NCBI GenBank assembly: GCA_963815195.1
Contig: CAWFGE010000019.1
Span: 96,001-160,000, forward strand
Source of the DNA: an uncultured Planctomycetaceae bacterium
GTDB taxonomy: Bacteria; Planctomycetota; Planctomycetia; Planctomycetales; Planctomycetaceae
Reading direction: 5' to 3'
Length of the DNA: 64,000 nt
Shown one piece after another: positions 56,914-64,000 of this stretch; the first letter of the stretch is position 1; every line of letters starts with the position of its first letter. The notes beneath the pieces were generated by a model. The model was not told where the DNA came from and searched no databases. It saw only the letters and a list, made by a program, of their open reading frames with translations. The position numbers were made by a program, and so were the translations under genes.

Positions 56914-57225
56914 GCGAGGGATCGGTCGTGTTCCAAACACGGACCGACACCCTGACCTAGGCTTCGACTGTTTGAGGAAAAAGAAACGTCCTCCCTGGAA
57001 GGCGGGTATCATCAGGCCCCCGACCGTTGGAGGATGGTTTCTTGCGCGGACCGTTGTTCCCTGTGACGTACCTGCAAGGTCTGAAAAAGCCGTTCCGGGT
57101 CATCCGCACTCGCCGGTGCCGGCCCCAATGCCCGGGTCCCAGGTCGAAAATCGGGGACGATTCGAGTAATCTCTAAGTCAAAGATCTCAGGGAGGATTGA
57201 TTGGTTCTTGGCTTGGAGAATCCCC

Positions 57226-60200
57226 ATGAAATGCACGTTGTGGATGTTGCTGACCGGCTGGGCGTGTTTGTGTTGGATGGAACCGATTGTTCGTGGCGAC
57301 GAATTCGCCGCTTCGCTGCCCAGCGGCGTCGGGGCCGTTTGGGACGCGAACAAAGCCTTTCGCGAAACAACGCCCACGCGGGAGCGGATCTGCATCAACG
57401 GCCTGTGGCGCTGGCAGCCCGCCGATGCGGAACCAAAACAGCCGCCCGCCGGGGGTTGGGGGTTCTTCAAAGTCCCCGGCTCCTGGCCGGGAATCGCGAA
57501 CTACATGCAGAAAGATTCCCAGACGGTTTTCTCGCATCCGAATTGGAAAGACCAACGGCTTTCCGAAGTTTCCGCGGCGTGGCACGAGCGCGAGATCACC
57601 ATCCCCGCCGAATGGAAAGACCGCCGTGTTGCGGTTTCGGCCGAGTACCTCAACTCGTTCGCGGTCGCGTATGTCGATGGAAAGCGGGCCGGCGAATTGC
57701 ATTTCCCCGGCGGGGAACTCGATCTCACTTCCTTCTGCCGGCCCGGGAAAACGCAACGCCTGACGTTGCACGTGGCGGCCTTGCCGCTCAAAGGGGTGCT
57801 GCTTTCTTATAGCGACAGCAACTCGGCCCGCGAGGTGCGAGGGCAGGTCGATCGCCGGGGTCTGTGTGGCGATGTGTTCCTCGTCGCTTCGCCGGCGGGC
57901 GAGTCCATCACGGATGTGAAAATCGACACCTCCGTTTCCAAAGGGCAAATCCGCTTTGAAGCGGAGCTATCCGGATTGGCTGCTTCAAAACGATATTCGC
58001 TCCGGGCTTTGATAACGAAAGACGGCAAAACGGTCCGCGAATTTGAAAGTCCGCCATTTCAAACCGGCGATCTCGAACGGGGACGGTCGGCTTTCACGGC
58101 GGACTGGAAACCGGAACAACTTTGGGACATTCATACGCCGCAGAATCAGTACGAGATTTCGCTCACGCTAAACGACGCCGACGGCAAACGCATTGATACG
58201 TTTTTCCGCGAGCGGTTCGGCTTCCGCGAGTTTTGGATCGACGGCAAAGATTTTTATCTCAACGGCAGCCGGATTTTTTTATCCGCCGTGCCTTTGGACA
58301 ATGCCCAGATTGGGGCGGCATTGGCCAATTATTCCGCGGCCCGCGAAAGTCTAAGACGGCTGAAGAGCTTCGGCATTAACTTTGTTTACACGCACAACTA
58401 CGGCTGCCAGCCGGGTTCGCATTTGAGCTTCGCGGAAATCCTGCGGGCGGCGGATGATGAGGGCATGCTCGTCGCCCTCTCGCAGCCGCACTTTTCGCAT
58501 TACGACTGGCAAGCGAAAGACGCCGACCAAAACAACGGCTACGCCCGGCACGCGGAGTTTTACGTCCGCGAGGCGCAGAACCATCCCGCCGTCGTGGCCT
58601 ATGCGATGAGCCACAACGCCTTGGGTTATGGCGAGGACATGAATCCGGACAAGATCGACGGCCGGATCGATCCCCGCAGCGGCCGCTATGAGAAAAACAA
58701 CGCCGACCGCGCGTTGCGGGCCGAGGCGATCGTCAAAGGCTTCGATCGGGCGCGAATCGTCTATCATCACGCCGGCGGCAATATCGGCGCGCTGCACAGC
58801 GTCAACTTCTATCCCAACTTCGTCCCGATTCAGGAGATGTCCGACTGGTTCGGGCATTGGGCGAAGGTCGGCGTGAAGCCGGCGTTTCCTTGCGAGTACG
58901 GAGCACCGTTCCTCTGGGACTGGGGCATGTACCGCGGCTGGTACCAGGGCGAGCGGGAATTTGGGAGTGCCCAGGTGCCCTGGGATTTCTGCCTCGCCGA
59001 GTGGAACTCGCAGTTTCAGGGCGATCAGGCGTTCCAGATCAGTGAAGCGGAAAAAGCCAACCTCCGCTGGGAAGCGGCCCAGTTCCGCGCGGGCCGGCTG
59101 TGGCATCGCTGGGATTATCCGCACCGGTTGAGTTCGAACGACTTCGATGAGCGCTACCCGATCATCGCCCGCTACATCACCGACAACTGGCGGGCGTTTC
59201 GCACATGGGGTCTTTCGGCGTTTTCGCCATGGGAGCACGGGCAATACTGGAAGCTCAAGCCCGGAGTGGACCGCGGCCGGCGCAAGCTGCCCGTCGATTG
59301 GCAGAACCTCCAGCGGCCCGGATTCAGTCCGGATTATCTCGATGAGCGGTACGAGCGGATGGATCTCGCCTATAAGCAAAATGACTGGGAACCCACGCCC
59401 GCCGCGGAAGCGCTCATTCGCAACAATCGCCCATTGCTCGGTGACATTGCCGGCAAACCCGCCGCCTTCACCAGCAAGGATCATCTCTTCGTTCCGGGCG
59501 AAACCTTTGAGAAGCAGGCGATCGTCATCAACAATTCCCGCGGGCCGGTGGACTGCGACTGCGCTTGGTCATTCAATCTTCCCAAGAACGTTATCGGCCG
59601 CCAACACGTTTCCCTGCCGACCGGCGAGCAGGTGCGAATCCCGCTGAGCTTCAAACTCCCGAGTTCCACGCGGCCCGGTGAATACGAACTCAAAGCGGTT
59701 TTCAAATTCGGCGACGGCGAAACGCAAGAGGATTCGTTCAAAGTCCACGTGCTGCCTTCCGCGGAAATGCCGTTGCCCAACGGCAAGATCGCCCTGTTCG
59801 ATCCGCAAGGGGAAACCGCGGCTCAACTGAAATCCGCCGGGGTTCCTTATCAAAGCATTAAAGCCGATGCGGATTTGGCCAACTACGATCTGTTGATTGT
59901 CGGGAAGAATGCCTTGACGGTGGCCGGCCCCGCGCCGGACATCCGTCGCGTGCGGGAGGGTCTCAGGGTGATTGTGTTCGAGCAGACCTCGGCCGTCTTG
60001 GAACGGCGGTTTGGCTTCCGCGTGGCCGAGTATGGATTGCGGTGGGTGTTCCCGCGCGTTCCCGGTCATCCGCTGTTGGCGGGCTTGAAGGAAGAGCACC
60101 TCCGCGATTGGCGAGGCTCGGCCACAATTCTCCCGCCCACGCTCCACTATGAAATGCGGCCCCGGCACGGCCCGACGGTGCGGTGGTGCGGGATCGAAGT

Positions 60201-61122
60201 TTCCAGGCTCTGGCGGTGCGGCAACCGCGGGAACGTGGCTTCGGTGTTGATCGAAAAACCGGCCTGTGGCGATTTTCGCCCGATCGTGGATGGCGGTTTC
60301 AGCCTGCAATACAGCCCGCTCATGGAATACCGCGAGGGCCGGGGGCTGATCCTGTTTTGCCAGTTGGACGTGACGGCTCGCAGCGAAACGGATCCCGCCG
60401 CCGAGACGCTGTGGCGGAATGTCTTGGCGTATGCTTCCTCCTGGAAGCCCGCTCCAAGCCGCGGCATCGTGTACGTGGGTGAAGAGGCCGGCCGAAAGCA
60501 CCTGACCGCGGCGGGATTCCCACCCCAGCCCTACGAAGGCAAACTCTCCGCAGACCAAGTCCTCATCATCGGCCCCGGCGGAGGAACCACCCTGGCCAAG
60601 GACAAAAAAGCCATCGCGGATTGGCTCCAATCCGGCGGCCGCTTGCTCGCCATCGGTTTGGACCAGTCGGAATTGCAATTCCTGCCAATTAAGGTCGCTA
60701 CGAAAAACCGCGAGCACATCGCCGCCTATTTTGAACCGCCCGCCTCCGATTCGCTCTTCAGCGGAATTGGTCCCGCGGATGTTCACAACCGCGATCCCCG
60801 GCGGTTGCCGCTGATCGTTACGGGAGCGAAGATTCTGGGCGACGGCGTGTTGGCTCAAGCGGACGGCGGCGACATCGTTTTCTGTCAAATGGTTCCCTGG
60901 CAGTTCGATTCCGCCAAACCGCAGAACGTAAAAAAGACCTTCCGCCGGTCTGCGTTTCTGGCGACGCGATTGCTCGCCAATCTCGGGGCCGCCGCGAAGA
61001 CGCCGCTTATCGAGCGATTCCAGACTCCGTTCGCCGGCGAAGCGGCCCCGCGCTGGCAAACCGGGTTCTATCTCGACCTGCCGGAAGAATGGGACGACCC
61101 GTACCGCTTCTTCCGCTGGTGA
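57226..61122 (+). CDS. Secreted glycoside hydrolase family 2-like protein
   Basis: ICINGLWRWQP, KVPGSW, LWDIHTPQNQY, FGFREFWIDGKDFYLNG, CEYG; signal peptide. Confidence 0.8.
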   Translation: MKCTLWMLLTGWACLCWMEPIVRGDEFAASLPSGVGAVWDANKAFRETTPTRERICINGLWRWQPADAEPKQPPAGGWGFFKVPGSWPGIANYMQKDSQTVFSHPNWKDQRLSEVSAAWHEREITIPAEWKDRRVAVSAEYLNSFAVAYVDGKRAGELHFPGGELDLTSFCRPGKTQRLTLHVAALPLKGVLLSYSDSNSAREVRGQVDRRGLCGDVFLVASPAGESITDVKIDTSVSKGQIRFEAELSGLAASKRYSLRALITKDGKTVREFESPPFQTGDLERGRSAFTADWKPEQLWDIHTPQNQYEISLTLNDADGKRIDTFFRERFGFREFWIDGKDFYLNGSRIFLSAVPLDNAQIGAALANYSAARESLRRLKSFGINFVYTHNYGCQPGSHLSFAEILRAADDEGMLVALSQPHFSHYDWQAKDADQNNGYARHAEFYVREAQNHPAVVAYAMSHNALGYGEDMNPDKIDGRIDPRSGRYEKNNADRALRAEAIVKGFDRARIVYHHAGGNIGALHSVNFYPNFVPIQEMSDWFGHWAKVGVKPAFPCEYGAPFLWDWGMYRGWYQGEREFGSAQVPWDFCLAEWNSQFQGDQAFQISEAEKANLRWEAAQFRAGRLWHRWDYPHRLSSNDFDERYPIIARYITDNWRAFRTWGLSAFSPWEHGQYWKLKPGVDRGRRKLPVDWQNLQRPGFSPDYLDERYERMDLAYKQNDWEPTPAAEALIRNNRPLLGDIAGKPAAFTSKDHLFVPGETFEKQAIVINNSRGPVDCDCAWSFNLPKNVIGRQHVSLPTGEQVRIPLSFKLPSSTRPGEYELKAVFKFGDGETQEDSFKVHVLPSAEMPLPNGKIALFDPQGETAAQLKSAGVPYQSIKADADLANYDLLIVGKNALTVAGPAPDIRRVREGLRVIVFEQTSAVLERRFGFRVAEYGLRWVFPRVPGHPLLAGLKEEHLRDWRGSATILPPTLHYEMRPRHGPTVRWCGIEVSRLWRCGNRGNVASVLIEKPACGDFRPIVDGGFSLQYSPLMEYREGRGLILFCQLDVTARSETDPAAETLWRNVLAYASSWKPAPSRGIVYVGEEAGRKHLTAAGFPPQPYEGKLSADQVLIIGPGGGTTLAKDKKAIADWLQSGGRLLAIGLDQSELQFLPIKVATKNREHIAAYFEPPASDSLFSGIGPADVHNRDPRRLPLIVTGAKILGDGVLAQADGGDIVFCQMVPWQFDSAKPQNVKKTFRRSAFLATRLLANLGAAAKTPLIERFQTPFAGEAAPRWQTGFYLDLPEEWDDPYRFFRW

Positions 61123-61154
61123 GCGTGCTGGAACAAGGGAACGCTTCGGGGAGT

Positions 61155-61756
61155 TTAGCGGTTGGCGACCGCGGAATCGCCGCGGGCGGCTTGGAGTTGA
61201 GCCATCCGGGTCTTGGCGGCGTCCGAGCCGAACTTGCTCGCAATCCGGTAATGCAGGCGGGCGACCGAGAGTTTGCCTTCCTGCTCCGCGCCTGTCCCAG
61301 CCGCCAGTATTTCTCCGCCTTGGAAAGCGTTTGCGGATCGGGCAAACGTTGCGGGAAAACCGGACCGTGTTCCGCCTGCAACTGGCTCCACGCGTGGCGG
61401 GCGTTTCCGGTCAATTGGGGATTCGCCGCCGGTGCGGCGGGAGCCTGGCCGAGCAGATACCGGTCCATCGCTTCAAAGTCGTGGATATAGACGTTGACGC
61501 TCATTCCCGTGTGCTGACGGTCGAAGCCATAATTGGTCCCCGAAGGAAGCGGCCCAAACGTTTTGCTGCCACTTCTCGCCGAGCTGATGCTTCCCAAATG
61601 CGCTGTGCCGCGATCCGGCACCGAAACCGTCGTCCCCACCGAGTTCACCCCGAACACGGGCTGCTGCACCGTCAACTGAGCCTGCCCCTGTCGCGGAGAA
61701 AAAACGAACCCCGCGAGTACAACGACAACCGCGAGTGCGATTCGGTTTGGGAACAT
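61155..61756 (-). CDS. Secreted hypothetical protein with a secretin-like TTVSVPD motif; frameshift at ~61295
   Basis: Signal peptide then QLTVQQPVFGVNSVGTTVSVPDRGTAHLG; TPR-like helical end (AEQEGKLSVARLHYRIA) in ORF 61155-61391. Confidence 0.65.
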
Positions 61757-61951
61757 GCTTCTACTCCTTAGTGCGGCGAGGGGTGCGTCGGGCCTCAACC
61801 CAATTCTCATGCTAAACCCTCAGCGGCGGGACATCAATTGGAATCCCCAAGTTTTCGCGGAGCGGGTGCAGGAATCTCGATGGTCGCAATTCACAAAATC
61901 ATGATTCAGTGATCATGGCGCCAAGCTGCCCAAAGCGGGAAGGCACCCGTT

Positions 61952-62723
61952 TCACCGCGCGGTCCAGCCGCCGTCCACGGTGACGAGGCTGCCGGTCATG
62001 TAGCTGGAAGCGTCGCTCGCCAGAAAAATCGCGGCCCCCTGAATCTCTTCCATCCGGCCCCACCGCTCCAAGGCGACCGCGCCGATGATGAATCTTTTCG
62101 TGTTCGCATCCTCGGCGATGGGTTCGTTCATCGGCGTCAAAAACGGGCCGGGGCAAATCGCATTGCAGGTGACGTTAAAGGGGGCGAGTTCCAACCCCAA
62201 GGCCCGGGTCATTTGCACGACTGCCCCTTTGCTGGCGGTGTAAGGCGTGCGGTCGGCAAGCCCCACCACGCCCAAAGTGCTCGCGAGGTTGACGATCCGC
62301 CCGGACTTCGCGGCCTTCATGTGAGGGACCACCGCCCGCGCACAGCCAGACGCCACCCACGTTGATGTCCTGCACTTTTTTGAAATCCTCATAACTCACC
62401 TCATCGATCGGCCCGCGAATGTTGACGCCGGCGTTGTTGATGAGGATGTCGATCTTCCCGAACTCGGCGAGCGCGCGGTCCGTCATCGCGGCCACGTCTT
62501 CGGGCGAGGTGACATCCGCACGCACGCCGAGGGATTTGTGTCCGAAGTCCTTGGCGATTTCCTCGGCGGCGGCCGCGGCTTCGCCTTCGGTCCGGCTGGC
62601 GAGCAGAACATCCGCCCCCGCCGACGCCAACCCCGCGGCCATCGCCAACCCCAGCCCCTTCGAGCCTCCCGTGACAATTGCGGACTTTCCGGTCAGGTCA
62701 AATAGCTTAATCCCAGGCAGCAT
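61952..62723 (-). CDS. SDR family oxidoreductase (gluconate 5-dehydrogenase/FabG-like); frameshift at ~62340
   Basis: TGGSKGLG, NNAG, YTASK, ICPG, VDGGW, split between ORFs 62175-62738 and 61952-62392. Confidence 0.92.
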
Positions 62724-62830
62724 GATGTGATTCCTCAAGTTGAAAACAAGGCAAAGCGAACGATGAAACCGTCAACACACGAATTACACGAAATTCCACC
62801 CGCATTCACAACACAGCGCGGGTGATTTCA

Positions 62831-62941
62831 TTCGCCGCAGGGCGCTAGCCCCGGTTCGCTTCTTGATGGTCGCCTGTGCCGACGATACACTCGATGCAAG
62901 CTTGGATCACATAGATTAGCCGTAGGGCGCTAGCCCCGGTT
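62831..62941. repeat. Two REP-like units
   Basis: gccg[c/t]agggcgctagccccggtt at 62831-62856 and 62916-62941. Confidence 0.72.
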
Positions 62942-62973
62942 CACTCGGATACTCCTGTTGGAGGAAACTGGCC

Positions 62974-63570
62974 ATGCCGTCCAAAGGATCCGTGTCGCAG
63001 TGGATGGATTTGGTGAAGGAAGGGGACGAGGACGCCGCCCAGAAACTTTGGGAGCGCTATTTCGAGCAACTGGTCCGGCTCGCCCGCAACCAGCTTCGCG
63101 GGCTGCCCAAAGGACCGGCGGACGAGGAAGACGTGGTCGTCAACACCTTCGACAGTTTTTGCCGGGGCGCGCGGGCGGGGCGGTACCCGGAACTCAAGGA
63201 CCGCAACAATCTCTGGCGGCTGCTCATCACGATGACGGCGAACAAAGCCAAGGACCTGGCCCGGCACGAACGCCGGCAAAAGCGAGGCGGGGGCAAAGTG
63301 CTCAACGAAGGCGCGCTGTTGGGCAGCGACGACGCCCGGTCATCGCCGCTTTTGGACGTCATCAGCCGCGATCCGACGCCCGAGTTCGCCTCGGAGTTGG
63401 CCGAGGATCTGGAACGCCGGCTGGATGCGCTCGACAACGAAACGCTCCGGCAAATCGCGTTGTGGAAAATGGAAGGCTATCAAAACGAAGAGATCGCTGA
63501 GAAGCTGGGCTGCGTCTCCCGCACCGTGGAACGCAAACTCCAACTGATCCGCCGGCTATGGGCGGAGTAG
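62974..63570 (+). CDS. ECF-type RNA polymerase sigma factor
   Basis: GSVSQW..GDEDAAQKLWERYF, DEEDVV, LWRLL, EGYQNEEIAEKLGCVSRTVERKL. Confidence 0.92.
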   Translation: MPSKGSVSQWMDLVKEGDEDAAQKLWERYFEQLVRLARNQLRGLPKGPADEEDVVVNTFDSFCRGARAGRYPELKDRNNLWRLLITMTANKAKDLARHERRQKRGGGKVLNEGALLGSDDARSSPLLDVISRDPTPEFASELAEDLERRLDALDNETLRQIALWKMEGYQNEEIAEKLGCVSRTVERKLQLIRRLWAE

Positions 63571-63922
63571 CTTCGTGTTTGAAAAGCGAGCGTCCGATGG
63601 GGCGGGTCCTCCGCCGGCTCTCTCGTCCGACTCCGCGACGGAGAACACCGAGTCCCATACGGTTCGGACGTGAATTTGATTTTTATCGAATGCTTGATCT
63701 AGAACGCGGAACTCACATCGCACGCGCAAAAAAACGGCTCGCCCTCAAGGCGGAGATCAAGAAGCTGAGAATCCTGGCATACGACCGCAGCCTGGCCGAG
63801 GACCTCCGCTGGATGATCGAGCAAACTCAAAAGAACAAAACGCAGGTGCAGAGAGACGCCTTTGAGCAACTCAAGAAGCTAAACCTGCTGGACGGACGGG
63901 AAACCGCCGCGGTGTTTGCACC

Positions 63923-64000
63923 TCAACGATCGGCTGCCGGTTTCGCTTTCAGGAGTTTGCGGACGGCGGTCATCAGCACCTCTTCGACGGCCGGGGCGAC
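63923..64000 (-). CDS. Possible 3' end of a gene entering from the right edge
   Basis: Minus frame reads VAPAVEEVLMTAVRKLLKAKPAADR*; too short to identify. Confidence 0.35.
   Translation of the reverse strand, partial: VAPAVEEVLMTAVRKLLKAKPAADR

Noticed and set aside
56900..57200. Riboswitch or known ncRNA upstream of the GH2-like gene
   Set aside because: Hairpins are present, but I could not match a known RNA family by eye; an Rfam scan is needed.
63690..64000. Plus-strand ORF MLDLERGTHIARAKKRL running off the window
   Set aside because: No recognisable family, and it overlaps a probable convergent gene end; left uncalled.

Overview
GC-rich bacterial DNA whose gene content points to a planctomycete (inference: STN/secretin-N repeat proteins, PQQ-propeller, sulfatase, WD40/HEAT/LRR proteins, planctomycete-style ECF sigma factor). 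About ten genes are broken by short indels (TPP II, miaB, coxB, an SDR and others), mostly in homopolymer or dinucleotide runs, which I read as long-read assembly errors rather than pseudogenes. Layout: (1) 1-14.5 kb mixed genes: eukaryote-like tripeptidyl peptidase II, miaB, a TM2 protein with a sigma54-type promoter, LptF/G, PQQ propeller, HEAT protein, sulfatase, proS. (2) 15-27 kb: three tandem paralogues built only from STN and secretin-N-like domains, divergent from a MotA/TolQ/ExbB-family gene with a long coiled-coil tail and two large ExbD-like partners, only one of which keeps the membrane Asp. This is my best candidate for an undescribed ion-driven envelope motor system. (3) 29.8-51.6 kb: a 17-gene respiratory cluster joining a b6-type split Rieske/cytochrome b complex, an 8-heme cytochrome c, a cupredoxin-like lipoprotein, an EF-hand diheme cytochrome c, an A2-type heme-copper oxidase and its assembly factors. 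(4) 51.6-64 kb: LRR, WD40, a 29-aa basic peptide with a near-consensus sigma70 promoter (candidate small ribosomal protein), an orphan PEP-CTERM remnant, a GH2-like protein, an SDR and an ECF sigma factor. Intergenic regions hold several families of REP/MITE-like palindromes. No tRNA, rRNA, CRISPR array or transposase was recognised.
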